From Octopus vulgaris (Eukaryota): a stretch of 64,000 nucleotides of DNA. The stretch covers positions 20,212,001-20,276,000 of the forward strand of contig OX597821.1 of the NCBI GenBank assembly GCA_951406725.2, read 5' to 3'. Both the position numbers and the translations under genes were made by a program. Positions 46,152-59,707 of the stretch are shown here, one piece after another. Positions within the stretch are counted from its first letter, which is position 1; the number at the start of each line of letters is the position of its first letter. The notes beneath the pieces were generated by a model. It saw nothing but the letters and a program-made list of their open reading frames with translations. It searched no databases and was not told where the DNA came from.

Positions 46152-47681
46152 CTTCTGATATCTTCATCTTACTCTGGGACAGTGCAATGAATAATTTTCT
46201 GCAGGATTTGATTTTCTAAAATCTTTTTCTCATTCTATTGACCACTTGCAGAACCGCTGACAGGGACGTGAATAAACCAACACTGTTTGTGAAGGGTAAT
46301 TGGGGGGAAAACACAAAAACAAAGGTACGTACAAGTTCATGTCTTCATATATATATATATATATGAACATATGAACACATGTTCATATATATAAGCAACG
46401 GAATCCTTTCTGTTTCCGCAACCGAATCCTCTCGCCTAGCTTTAAATTGCATGGTATGCAACTACAATTTGGAACATAATATGCATTTTTATACATACTC
46501 ACACACGCATACATACATATATAAATGCATGTATATGTGAACACACGAGCACTGGCATACATATATATATATGAAAGACTTTCCACCATGTACCCGCTCA
46601 AATATTTGTAGAAATATGATGCAGCTTATTTGGTCAGGAACCACCCTTTAAAAAACACATCCCTTCTTGTGCGCTCGTCAAAAATGAATTTTCAACGTCA
46701 TAGGTTTTGAGAACTGCCTTGGACATAATGGACAGCACTGCATTCCTGAGCTGTTGGAGCCCTATCCATATAAACATCCCATATTGGTTTCTGAGTATGT
46801 ATCAATTTAATGATGACAGATCTGTATGTTTAATGCCATCGCCTCTTCAACAGGAATGGCTAACAACAAAACCTAAACATTATTTATTGCTTTCAGTTTC
46901 AAGTTTTAATATCTGAAAGGTAATTAAAACTATAGGTTATTGTATCCATCACTTTAGATGATGAGGTACGCAATACAATTTACTACATCAAATCAGGTAT
47001 CTTATGCAAGTATGATTAGTTCCATATTTCGTATATAGCGGTTGTGCTCATATCAAGAATATTGTACAGTACAGGCATTGGAGAAGCATTTCATTATTTT
47101 CTGAAGATATTGCATCGACTGAGGAACAAGACCTGTGTTGTCAGCGGATTCTCAGAGTCGGAAGAACTCTTTGACAGTATTTGTCCTTTATGTTCTGAAA
47201 TTAAACCCCGCCAAGTAAAAATTTGTCTTTCATCCTTTACGAGTGTAATACAATGCGATGCCAGTAATATAATCGATGTGATGGTGTTGATAAATCCCCT
47301 TCATTCAAAATTACTAGTCTTGTTCCAAAATTAGAAAACATTCTTGTAGCCGATTGGAGAAAATTTGCATACAAACTTTCACACATGTTCCTCACAAAAT
47401 TTCAACTGGATTTCGAAATCTCAGCGCATTCTTTACTTTGAATAATAAGTGATTAGTTCAACCCTAAGAGACTAAAACAGATAGGAAAAAGGAAAAAAGC
47501 GAATAGAGGTTGTGTGCTATGTGGAAACCGGTATGATATGTTATGTGGAACATACGGAAAAAATGATTCGTAAACAAAACTGATAATCAGCTTTATAAAT
47601 ACAGGAATACTAATTGAGTCAAGGATGAAGACGGAGATATATTTGCCGTTATACGTATGTATTATGTATGTATGTATGTGC

Positions 47682-48214
47682 TACTGGTAACATGTAACCC
47701 AGTACAACCTGTAGCATGATCGGGTCGTTGGCGACTAAAGCGGCAACCCCACCAAGCTTGCTTGGTGAGGAGGGTGTTTATTGGACACCCTGCGGGATGA
47801 AAAACAAAACCCGTCAAAGGGCGGGAGAACTCTTGAGAGTCAACGGCCATCCAATAAATGCCTTAAGGCTGTATCATGCGCGGGGACATAGAAATAATCG
47901 GACTAAATAACCGATTGCGCAGTTAAACCATTGGGAGTGGAGGACTCCTAGCCTTTGTTAGGGCATCCTTCTAGGAGAAGGTAACTCAGGAAACTGGGAT
48001 AACTCCGACGTAAAACCTGCGGCTCTGGTTACCGATTATGTTGACTTGTTCTTCTTTTCGGATTATGGCTGCTGTTGCTTAGTGAGTGAGATTGACTCAG
48101 TGCACAGCCTTTCCTCACTTTAAAAAATATCTTCTTGCACAGGCATTGCTCGATGACAACATTGATTAAGCTTCGTGCAATGGCCATACTCGATAACGAG
48201 GGGGGCAGCCACCA
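47682..48214 (+). mobile_element. Non-coding GC-richer element with (ATGT)n tail, possibly a non-autonomous RTE derivative
   Basis: ggcatccttctaggagaaggtaactc recalls an RTE 5'-UTR motif; (ATGT)n on both flanks; no credible ORF. Confidence 0.4.
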
Positions 48215-48312
48215 TGTATGTATGTATGTATGTATGTATGTATGTATGTATGTATGTATGTATGTATGTATGTATGTATATATCTGTCTGCCAGTCTATC
48301 TATTCTACCTAC

Positions 48313-48372
<60 letters not shown>

Positions 48373-49101
48373 TTATCCATATCCGCGCATGGAAATATAC
48401 TATCACGACGCAAACCGTTGGATATACGACGTATATATGCCACCTTTGTGTCCTCACGAAGGATGACAATACTGTAAATCTAATATCCAAAATATGAGGG
48501 CAGACAGTGACAATGGCTTCACAAATGACACTAATTGTTTAAAACACAAGACAAACGTAATATATGTATTCTTTGTAAGATACAGACGGAACAGTAACAA
48601 ATATATCATGAACCAAATAAATTTTTAAAAATATACCGCGCTAAATACAGCATAACTTTCTTATGGTGGCCTGATGTATTCGGGGTAAATACATACAAGT
48701 CATACAATTTCTTTACGTTACTGAAATGAGTTTATCGTTTTTTTTAATTTAGATATTTTAGAGGATGCCTATCATAATTTTTGAAATATAGAATGTTTTT
48801 TTATTTTAATGAACATTGTAAATAATTTCGAGCAGTGAAATATAGATACATAGCCAAAACATATACACACATATTAACATATGACAGTATATACATGTAT
48901 GCTTGTGTGCATGTGCGTGCGTGTGTGTATGCATCTCTCTCTCTACCTTTCTCTATCTTTTAGGCCACACATACACACACACACACACACACATACACAC
49001 ACGCACATACACTTTAGGAGTACGTATTTATGTATGTATGCAGGTAAATATATTATACATATGTGTGTGTATGTATGTACGTATATATATATATATATTT
49101 G

Positions 49102-49119
<18 letters not shown>

Positions 49120-49141
<22 letters not shown>

Positions 49142-49385
49142 TAATATGTGTGTGTGTATATATATGTGTGTTTATATATATACCCTGACCACGGCTTTCA
49201 ACCGATTCTGAAGAAACTTGATAGCCCAATGTCATAATTCAAAACTAACGCAGCGAAAATTTTGAAAAGTTCCCCCAGTTCTATCGATAAATTCGACATG
49301 GGGTCGAGAATCAGAAACCGAAACCACAGACCGTCTAGGGGACGCAACTCCACCTTTTTTAACTCTCAAAAAAATTTACTGCTAG
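49120..49385 (+). mobile_element. Non-autonomous Helitron-like element
   Basis: TATATATAAAA head, internal microsatellite, aaccgattctgaagaaacttg core and CTAG/T 3' end; the head is repeated at 49411-49455. Confidence 0.45.
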
Positions 49386-49444
49386 TATATATATATATAT
49401 ATATATATACAAGTAATATGTGTGTGTGTATATATATGTGTGTT

Positions 49445-49496
<52 letters not shown>

Positions 49497-50363
49497 CAGA
49501 GTATGACGGGTAAATTGTCACCATTGTATATTTTAAATTTCGTGCATGCACATTGCTTGTTTTTGATTTTGCCGACTATACGGTATAGTAGGGACAGTTG
49601 GGCACCGTGTATGAGAAAAATAATACCATGATGCAATTCACTCTTCTAGGAATTTTGAAACGACATGCTGTGCTGCTTGATTTTCGCGCCGGGAGCTCCT
49701 ATACGAACATTTCAGCGTGTCTGGGGGTAAATCTGGGGACATCGCAATCTCAGGACATGTACCGAAATTCATAAATATTAAATATCCTGTCAACATTATG
49801 GTGTTTGGAGTGATCACAGGTGATGGTGATGTTATGCTTCCATTTATCTTTCCACGTGGCCTGAGACTCAACACAGCGACCTACATCAAGTGCGTGGAGG
49901 AGATATTGATGCCCTGGGTTAAAAGGGTAGCTGCTGGAAGACCCTAAATCTGGCAACAGGACTCTGCTACATGCTACAAAAGCTGGAGAACCCAGACATA
50001 GCTGTCAGACAAATTTTGCTACCACATCAGCCTTAACATCTGGCCACCTAAGTCCTTAGATTACAACCTCGTTAATTAGTATGTGTGGGGCACAGTTGAG
50101 CAAGGGACCAACAAAACTCCTTGTAACACCAAAGATGAACTGAAGGCAAACATTCTTGCAACATTCACCAACTTAAACAAGGAGGCCGTCGCAAGATTTG
50201 CAGGAGATTCCGAAGTCGGTTAAAGCCACGGTTGAAACCAATGCCGATTTTATCAAAGATTTCATGTAAGATTGTAACTTTGGTAGATATATTCGTTAGA
50301 ATAAGATGTCAGTGTTACTTTCTTTTTGCGTAATTCAGACGACAGTTTAATCATTGCAGCCTG
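49497..50363 (+). mobile_element. Internally deleted Tc1/mariner DD37D (maT-type) transposon remnant
   Basis: MVFGVIT..WQQDSA..WPPKSLDYNLVN.YVWG with 37 residues between the second D and the (mutated) third catalytic position; imperfect TIRs (cagag../..gcctg); TA on both flanks. Confidence 0.8.
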
Positions 50364-50664
50364 TATGTATGTATGTATGTATGTATGTCTGCATGTATTT
50401 ATGTATGTGTATATATGTATGTATGTATGCATGTATGTATGTATGAATGTACGTATGAATGTATGTGTGCATGCATGCATGTATGTGTGTATGTATGTAT
50501 ATCTCTCGCTTTATACTGAGTAATAATAAATTCCCTCCATCCTTTGTACAATTTTGTCACTGAGGGTTTCACAAACGGTCATATTTCCAGCAGATGGAAC
50601 ATTAACCTCGTTGATCCTACGATTTTCAGAATAGATGGTGGTGGGAACAAATACACTCCCACTG

Positions 50665-50716
<52 letters not shown>

Positions 50717-52495
50717 CGAGTCACATAAAATCTCAACGACTGTTATTATTACACGTACAAATACTAAAACATGATAATTATAGGGCAATGGTTTGGCAGA
50801 TATGCTTGAACAGAATGCGAAACAACTTTTGGTATTTATTCCAGTTCATTGCGTGATCAGGATAAATCACAAGGAAATTCAGCTTTCTTTTATTATTCTT
50901 AAGATGTCGACAGATTATAATAATAAAACCCGTTCTGACACTCAAATGCTCTGCACCCACTGAAATTTTGGCGCTATGCCGATTTTAGAAATCAATAGTA
51001 TAATTACATCCTACCTGTAGGCAATCATAAGGCTCCCATATGAAATATTTTCTGTAAAGACATTTGCACGATATGTTCTGCTGCTGCTTCCAAGCATTAC
51101 CCTATTTACAGGTATTCAATATATATCCACAATAAGGAGGTGAAGTGGCAGAGTCATTAGCACACCAGGCAAAATGCTTGTCTCCATATCGTCCATATTT
51201 ACGTTCTGAGTTCAAATTCAGCTGTATATATATATGCGTATGTGGGCACAGAACGTCATGAAACGTGTACTACAAAATGTCCGAAGCACGAGTACATGAA
51301 ACATGAACTATTCTTTCGAACAACGAAAGGCACAAATGGAAAGCAAAACGAACAACATAAAGAACGAACCTTTATCTGTTGTTGGCTGTGTTCCTAGTCT
51401 CGTATTTCGAGCATTTAACAACAATGTACTATTTCGATAAAACAGTTGCTCCCGCAGGGCATATTTAAGTAAAATTTAGGATTTTGCAGAGGGCCAAACT
51501 AGATAACACAAATAGGACAGGAAGGGCTGCTAAGCCTAAACGAAGTTGTAGTGGCGAACGCGTAAATGAAGCTTTGACAGGAGACAGACAAGAATACCAC
51601 CCACACACTCAAATTTCCATGATAGGTAAGGCCATGGAATCGTCCAGACAGACGCGTTACATGTCGCTTAGTCAAAGTACACCATCATTTACTCCACAAA
51701 TGTTATGACGTCAATGCTGCAGTTTACCGTATCACATGTTTCAACACAACTGCAATATATATATCAATGCTACCTGACTGGGTCCCGTGCCGGTATCACA
51801 TAAAGAGCACTCACTACACTCTCGGAGTTTTTAGTGTTACGAAGGACATCCAGCTGTAGAAACTTTGCCAGATCAGATGTATATATGTATATGAGCTTTT
51901 ACGTATGTAAATGTGTAGACGTATCTGCTTTTGTGTATATGCGTATGTACATGTAGATGTATTTTTATGTACTGATAGATATGTCTGTTCAAGTTGTATA
52001 TATAAATGTTACTCCATCGAAGTTTGTATATATATATATATATATATATATATGTTCCAAGCACACGACCTCAGACGCAGTCAGTTGCTATGCAAGTGCA
52101 TCTCCTTAAGTAAGAAGATTATCGCTATGAAATGCTATATTATTTTAATAGAAATAAAAATAAAATTTCGTATTGACAATGACCTGCCTTCACATATATA
52201 TATAGTATATTTGATAACGTACCCAACACGGAAACACACGCACACCCACTCGTACACTCACACACATCTTCGTCGTGGTTAGAATTAAAAGTAAAATCGT
52301 AAAAGTGAAACAATATACCACATTACAATATAAATGTTATTCTTTCACTTTTATTCTTCAAGTTTTGACACGTAATACGGAACCGATGCTAATGTTTCAT
52401 TGTTTTAATCCCCCAAAAATTACAGTCTGACACTCAGGGGTCTCATAGTATCACCATGTAAAATTTGATTTGATTTTAGTTGAGCCGTTTGAGAA

Positions 52496-52594
<99 letters not shown>

Positions 52595-52861
52595 GTATGC
52601 ATAAGAGATAGGTAACCATCAACTTCCCTAGATGTAGCCCCGCCCCAAAGAAAACAGCTCAACTTAATAGGATCATCGAATATGCATATTATGTAGAAGC
52701 ACTCAAGAATATTTTTCTTGGAATCTATGTAAAATGTATTCTATAGATACCGTGTAATGTTCCTAATCAAATGTATTGTATATTTCCATACTCATACGAA
52801 CAGTTATCTATCTACCTATGTAACTACCTATCTGTATCTCTCTCTCTCTCTCTCTCTCTCT

Positions 52862-52925
<64 letters not shown>

Positions 52926-53219
52926 CGAAAAATGAGAGAGAAGGAGAGACAGAAAGAGAGAAAGAGAGAGAGTGGAAGGAGACATTGAGACACAAATAGA
53001 CTGAGTAATAGATAGAAAGATACGTCGTTAGCCCCTATAAATATATCGCCACAAGCGATATAGACAATATCAACTACACCCTCTCTACATATATGTTACT
53101 GGTTTTTTAGAGTTTAATTCTGGAGATATTCTAACGCACAAATATTGACCCAAACAATAGAAATAATCTGTTTATTCCAGAAAGGTTTCTTCCTCCACTG
53201 ATTTATTTCCAATGTTATT

Positions 53220-53420
53220 TTGTGCTCGGAGAATTCGAAAACCATGGAATATTCCAGTTTTTCAGACAATAAAATGCAACGTAGGCATAAAAGACAAATT
53301 GCTCTGCACAAATGGAATACATTACAGATTCGGATAAAATCCCCCGAAGGTATCAACAAGAGAACCGAGTGTTTATCATCTCTTGATGAAGGGTATATTT
53401 CGCCTGTTATACCTTTATTC
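53220..53420 (+). pseudogene. Possible Penelope GIY-YIG terminus plus hammerhead-like remnant
   Basis: IKSPEGINKRTE resembles P.GLN.R.E, followed by TTGATGA-AGGGTATA..TATACCTT. Confidence 0.3.
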
Positions 53421-54267
53421 TGCTTTATTTTATTCTTTAATATTTTTGTCATATTTTTTGTTTTCCTGTTATTTCTGTTATTATTGTTGCATATGATTAG
53501 TTAGTTTTGGCAGAGTTTATTTGTATTGGTAACAAATAAATTCTGCCACTCTGTGTCTAGTGAGGTTTTTCCACCGTTTGTATTCGAGTATTTCATGTGT
53601 TTGCTTGTGTGAGTGCGTAACCTCTGTATGTATTCGTGATTGTGTATATGTGTGCGTTTTTATAAATTTCTGCGTTAGTAACAGGCTTAAGAGTCCGTGA
53701 TTGTGTGTTTTCATGTATTAACTATGAGCTTCTTGATGTGTGTTTGCCAGGAGATTTCTATTTCTGTGAGCTTTTTCGCTTTCTTTTATTCTCTCTTCCT
53801 GTGTTTCTGTAACGATGTCTACAAACGTATCTCTAATATGATGCGCGTGATTCTGTGTCTTTTCTTTATGAACGTGTAAGTGCATGTCTATATGTGTATG
53901 TGCGTATGCGTGTGTATGTACATGCGTGTATTGTGTGTGAGCGTGTTTGCGTGCGTGTATGCGTGTCTGTATCTATATGTGAATGATTCTTAAGCTGAAG
54001 GGAAAATATTTGCAATGAATGAAGCATCGCTTATACTGCCTCAAAGACATGACACGAAAATATGACAGGGAAGAAAATAAGACAGAGAAAGAGGTAAAGT
54101 GAGACAAACGTGATGTGTAGGGTGGGAGTAAAAGCGAATGAAAGATGGATAAAGAAATTAGAAGAAACGATGGGAAAGAACAAAGAATTGCAAGAAATTT
54201 AAAAAGTAATACATTCATAGCGGGATGTAAGTATATCATTACATGTACTTACTTTTATATACTCTGT

Positions 54268-54520
54268 GTGGAGGCGCGTGGCTTAGTGGTTAGGGTGTCA
54301 GCATCATGATCGTAAGATTGTGGTTTCGATTCCTGGACCGGGCGACGAGTTGTATTCTTGAGCAAAACACTTCATTTCTCGTTGCTCCAGTCCACTCAGC
54401 TGGCAAAAATGAGTAACGCTGCGACGGACTAGCGTCCCGTCCAGCTGGAGAACACATACACCATAGTAACCGGGAAACCGGGCCCATGAGCCTGGCTAGG
54501 CTTTAAAAAGGGCGCATTCA
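54268..54520 (+). mobile_element. tRNA-derived SINE
   Basis: A-box tggcttagtgg and B-box gtttcgattcc; candidate TSD tatactctgt at 54258-54267 and 54537-54546. Confidence 0.85.
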
Positions 54521-55813
54521 TAATTTTTTTTTATTGTATACTCTGTATTTTTGCATATATAGCCTTGGTGATGCAAACAGGAAAATAGAACTCGAAACAT
54601 AAGTATATACAAGCTGCTTTATTAAAATTCTACAGAAGTTAAGTAGTGACTCAAGAGTCAAGAGCTTCGTCCGTTGACACCAAATTGTTTCGAATGAATG
54701 AGTCAAAAATTGATATAGCAGTGATGGAGCTAGTGTTCGGGAACAAATTGGGATTGTTCAGGAACAAATTATAAAAACCAACTTATAAAAACATTTGGGA
54801 ATGCATATTTTTCCAGTTGTTTGCTCGGTACGCTGTTCAATAAATACATAAATTAATAAATAAATAATGAGGAAATAAATAAGGAAAATTACACACACAC
54901 ACAAACAAGTACACACACATACGCCTGCACATACTAGCTTTTCTTCTATTATGCATACATATGTGAATATAACTGAAAGAGCCTATGGATATAAGTACAG
55001 AATACAGATGAATACATGCACACGTGCATGCGTAAATTCGGACTTATTCATGCGGATTCCTGGATCACATTCACAAACGCATATACATATGTTAAGTATA
55101 AAACAAATACAAACAAGATTATACGTACGTAAGTGCGTAAATGTATGCATATATACGCGCACTAATATATATAATATCCATCTATCTATCTATCTGTATG
55201 TACAAACACATACATACTTACATACATACACACATACATACACACATACATGCTTACATACATACCTATGTACACATACATGTATAAACACATATTTACT
55301 TAATCACATACGCTCACTTTTGGATATACATATACGTGTAGATATACAAGTGTTATATGAATAGGGGCAAAAATAAATATGTTTGCGTAAGTATTCATAT
55401 TCTTTTCTTTTACTTGTTTCAATCATTTGACTGGGGCCATTCTGGAGCATTGACTTTTGCCGAACCGCTAGGTTACGGGGATGTAAACACCAAGACTTTT
55501 CTTGTTTTGGGCGAGGTTGTTGTCTGGAGTTGGTATGGTTGCACTGTGGAATATGGTTACAGTTATATATTTTGTGGCTGTGATTTTACTATTGTACCCA
55601 GTAGATAGCTGGGTAACTTCTGGGTTTCGATGGAAGTCTGAACCAATACTGTCACGGTAAAGAATGGTTCTACGGTAGATTTGGTCGTGGTTTAGTATTA
55701 TCGTCTGACTTGTGTATCGAGTCCCTGGAAAATGAGTTAAGGGATACTCCCACATCAGGCAAAATCCTTCATGTTAGGAGTAGCAACAATTTTTAGGATT
55801 CCGGGCTACATGT

Positions 55814-55976
55814 GTAGAATTATTTACATTATTTACATTCGACGGATATTTGCCCTCATCTTGTTTGTTGTTAACACGTTTCCACTGATATACCCTCCAG
55901 CATTCTTCAAGTGTCTTGCGAAAATTTCGAACCTCGGTTCTCATTCCTAAGGTATTTTTCGATGTTATTATTATTA

Positions 55977-56050
<74 letters not shown>

Positions 56051-56126
56051 GTTGTTGTTATTGTTCAGGTCACTGCTTGGAATCGAACTCGGAATTTTGG
56101 GGTTAGTAGCCCGCGCTCTTAACCAC
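55814..56126 (-). mobile_element. tRNA-headed SINE with internal (AAT)n and hammerhead-like 3' region
   Basis: Minus strand: gtggttaagagcgcgggctactaacccc..gagttcgattcc, then (AAT)n, then GACAC-TTGAAGA-a-TGCTG..CAGTG-GAAA-CG-TGTT and a tail of repeated aatgtaaat. Confidence 0.65.
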
Positions 56127-56596
56127 AAACTCCCGCCTCAGTAAACCACTATTGTTCCTGAAAGTTTTTTTTTTTTATATTTACTACGGAATGCTTGAAG
56201 TTAACTTTCTTGCTACACACACACGCACACACATAAACACACACACGGACACCCACACACATATTTCGTTTATGCATTTTGTATATACGTACATATAATT
56301 TAACTTTTTAATGTTAGGAAAACTTCGGTTCCGTAATATATATCTAGTGATTTGGGGCTGTTTTCTTTTCATTTATTTTAGTTCTTTGTTCTTACTGTCT
56401 AAGCCTGGAAAAGGTGAGTAGGGGGTGCAATATTAAATTTTGCTTCCCCACAAAATGATAGTGGGTGCAAGTGCGCCCCCTGCAGCAACTATTCTCGGGC
56501 CCTTGCCTGTGATGAAACGAAACAGTCTTATCACACACTGCGTTGCACTTATTCCGGTTACGAATTTCACTAAGAATACACGTGACTGTTAAAAAG

Positions 56597-56890
56597 GAGG
56601 GCGAGAAGCGTAGTGGTTAGGAGGTTTCCTTTACGATCCCGACATCAAGGCTTCTACTGCTGGACCGGGCAGTTCGATGTATTCGTGGTAAACACTTCAT
56701 CTGACGTTGCTCTGCGATCACTTCGATACGTAGCGCGTGGTGCAGCATGCACATGTAGAAGCAACGTCAATCTGATGGAGGGAGAGAGCTTATGAGCCGC
56801 ACACGTATATGATCATGATAGACAAATTTTCTGTGCAAGTTGTTTCATAAGAAACTGCGAAACCGTGATTCTAGGAACGCGTGACTACCG
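56597..56890 (+). mobile_element. Diverged tRNA-derived SINE
   Basis: ggaggg..gtagtggttagg head and aaacacttcatctgacgttgctc, similar to 54268-54520. Confidence 0.55.
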
Positions 56891-57308
56891 TTGAAACACG
56901 AAACTCTGGAATACTTATCCGCTTTTAATTCTAACTTCCAATTTATGCTACTTTCTAATTAATTCTACTTTCTAACTTCCATTTCAAAGACACTCCTTGT
57001 TATTCTCATCCTGCTACTCATTCCTTTTGCTGCTGTTGGTCAACTTTCCATTGCATATATTTAATGATTTATTCATTTACGTTTTTACTCTTTTATTTGT
57101 TTCAGTCGTGTGACGGCAGCCATGCTGGAGCACCGCCTTTAGTCGAGGAAATCGTCCCCCAGAACTTATTATTTGTAAGTATAGTACTTATTCTATCGAT
57201 CTCGCTAAGTTACAGAGACATAAACATACCAGCATCAGTTGTCAAGCGATGATAGGGGACAAATATAGATACACACACACGCACACTCACATACACACAG
57301 ACACACAT

Positions 57309-57391
<83 letters not shown>

Positions 57392-57427
57392 GGAGTAAAC
57401 ACATAAATGTGAAACACGGTAGAAAAA

Positions 57428-57465
57428 CTGTCCGACGAACGGGAACGTGAAACTCCGAGTAACAG
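57428..57465 (+). ncRNA. Minimal type I hammerhead variant
   Basis: CTGT-CCGACGA-ACG(GGAA)CGT-GAAA-CTCCGAG-TA-ACAG, with all three stems complementary. Confidence 0.65.
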
Positions 57466-57495
57466 CTTTTGTTGAATTTATGCTGCTTTTAAATA

Positions 57496-57575
<80 letters not shown>

Positions 57576-57698
57576 ATATATATGTGTATATACGACGGGC
57601 TTCTTTTAGTTTCCGTCTACCAAATCCACTTTTGCCAAGGTGCCATGTAGTGAGATGGGACTGAACCCGGAATTATGTGTTTGGTAAGCAAGCTACTT

Positions 57699-59707
57699 TT
57701 ATTCATTAAATATGCCATGTAGGCAGCACATACATAAGGTAGCTTTGTGGGCTGGACGCAGACATTGACTAGGCGAATGATTATGATACAAAAATGATAA
57801 GGATGGGAGAAGACAGAAAGCGGCCGCCGATCTTCTGCTTCTCTAAAACATTGTTCTTTAAAAACTCATATATTTGGTGTAAAAAGTCCATACAATTATA
57901 AAACACAATTTATACACAAATTGGAGGCGATAAACCTCTACAAGCCTTCCCCGAGTAATTTTCTTGCAACTTGCAGGCATTCCTGCATCCGCAATCAGTC
58001 CCCCCCCCCAAAAAAAAATTTATAATTCTTGTTTTTACACGAGTCAATTATGAGATCATAATACTTTCTTTCCAGCACCAGAGCAGCCACGTGCGGAGGC
58101 CACTCTGGGCTGTCAATACAAGTCGAGTCCCCTATAACCCGACTATCCATATTATTCTCCACGAAACTGTCAATAGCTCCTCCCCTAAGACAGAACATAT
58201 ATTCTTCACCACTTCCAGTGGGAGGATCCTCAACTCCCTTGCTCGGTGGCACACATCCTACTGACGAAGTTATCTTTTCTCCCCTCCCCTCCGGTGGCAC
58301 ACATCCCACCGAATGGGGTTCGAGTCATGCCGTCGCCGGCAATGCACCGTTATTCTTTTTTCTTTTCTTTTTTCTTTTTACGACGGGAAGGTGGAGTTCC
58401 TCCGACATCTCCGGAGGACTCTCCCTCACCACCGTCAGTGGGCAACCATTATTGTCCACCTTCTTTCTTTTCTTCTCCTTTGTTTTCGAGGAAGTTACCT
58501 CCTTCTCGAATTTTTCCACCATTGGGTGAGCAGGAGGCACCTTTTCAATTAACTGTTCAAAGACTTTTGCCTGGTCCCGGCGACAGTTCTTCTTTATATG
58601 ACCCGATTCCAGGCACAGGTGGCACTTGTGAGGGGGGGACTCCCTCAACCATCACCGGGTACCTGGATCCGGCCATTGCTAAAATGTCTGGTAAATCCAG
58701 ATCATCGGCTTATTGTGTCCATAGGGTCAAAATTGCTTTTGACCCGATCCAATCAATCGCAGGCAACATCTTTACATTTAAGAGCCTGGTAGGGCCGCCA
58801 CCCAGGTTCCGACAGATAGTGTCTTCTATCCACTCGACCTCTGTACCGGGTGGCAGCCCACACACCCAGGCTCTTGTCAACATTCTACCGCCATAAGTAG
58901 GGAGAAACAAAACTTTCTCCCCCTCCAAAGGCATGCTCGCTAAATCACGAGCTTCCGCAGGGGTGTCAAAAAGTACACACACATTTCCATACTTCGCACC
59001 TCTGCCGATAAACCTAACAGTTGGCAGATAGTCTGCCTACTCCTCAATTTCTTCCTCAGAGAAGAGGTTGATTGTGTCAAGGACCTTGGAATAGGTCCTT
59101 AACACCACTGTTCTCTCCGTATAATTTTTCAACCAATTTTGGGGGGCCGCAATTTGCCACTCCAAAGCGGATTTCACAGTTGCCATGTTGATAGCCAAAA
59201 CAAAAATAAAAATCCACAAACAAAAATCAAAATGTTGGAATGAAAGTCTATAAAGAAACTCAAAAAACATCAGTAAGTCAGACAGGAGAAGAAAGAACGA
59301 AGGATGATAATCCAAAATGGCAACACAACACAATTCTGCTACTCTGGTAATCCAAACTGGTAGTCCTTCGCAGCACAAATAGAATTCCGTCCAACTCTGG
59401 CCGTACTCCTATCCTCTATGGTAAAAATATACTTGAAAGGACACAAACACAGTCATAGAAAATTCCAAACATAAACACGATTCTCACAACACAGTGAGTC
59501 TTCTTGCACGACCACTGGCAAACAAATGCCTGGAACCCAGTGGAAAACCCTGTTCAAAAACATACTTAAATACAAACAGCAGACCCTACTAAGTACCCTT
59601 CCTCAAAAACACAAATGCTTTACTTGTAGTCGTGCTTCAAATGTTCAATTTTTCAAGTACGACGTGATTTCCAACGCGACGAAAAACAACGCAACAACTT
59701 GGTAGCA
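57699..59707 (-). mobile_element. ORF1-only (HAL1-like) non-LTR element with 15-bp TSD
   Basis: TSD gtaagc(a/g)agctactt at 57684-57698 and 59708-59722; AATAAA at the 3' end; single decayed ORF with CCHC; no ORF2. Confidence 0.8.
57995..59186 (-). pseudogene. Gag/ORF1-like protein with CX2CX4HX4C zinc knuckle (L1/Tx1-type ORF1-like)
   Basis: Stitched reading frame from ATG 59186 through three in-frame stops and one frameshift in a C-run; CHLCLESGHIKKNC followed by basic KRKK tracts. Confidence 0.7.

Noticed and set aside
49200-49250. CTGAAGA as a hammerhead core
   Set aside because: There is no convincing stem II, GAAA or stem I, and the context fits a Helitron-like aaccgatt..gaaacttg motif better.
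56068-56126. tRNA gene candidate (also the SINE heads at 4943, 42608 and 54268)
   Set aside because: The acceptor stem is incomplete and each head runs into a repeat body, so these are SINE heads.
58246-58896. 216-aa plus-strand ORF
   Set aside because: It is the antisense shadow of the minus-strand zinc-knuckle ORF1 remnant.
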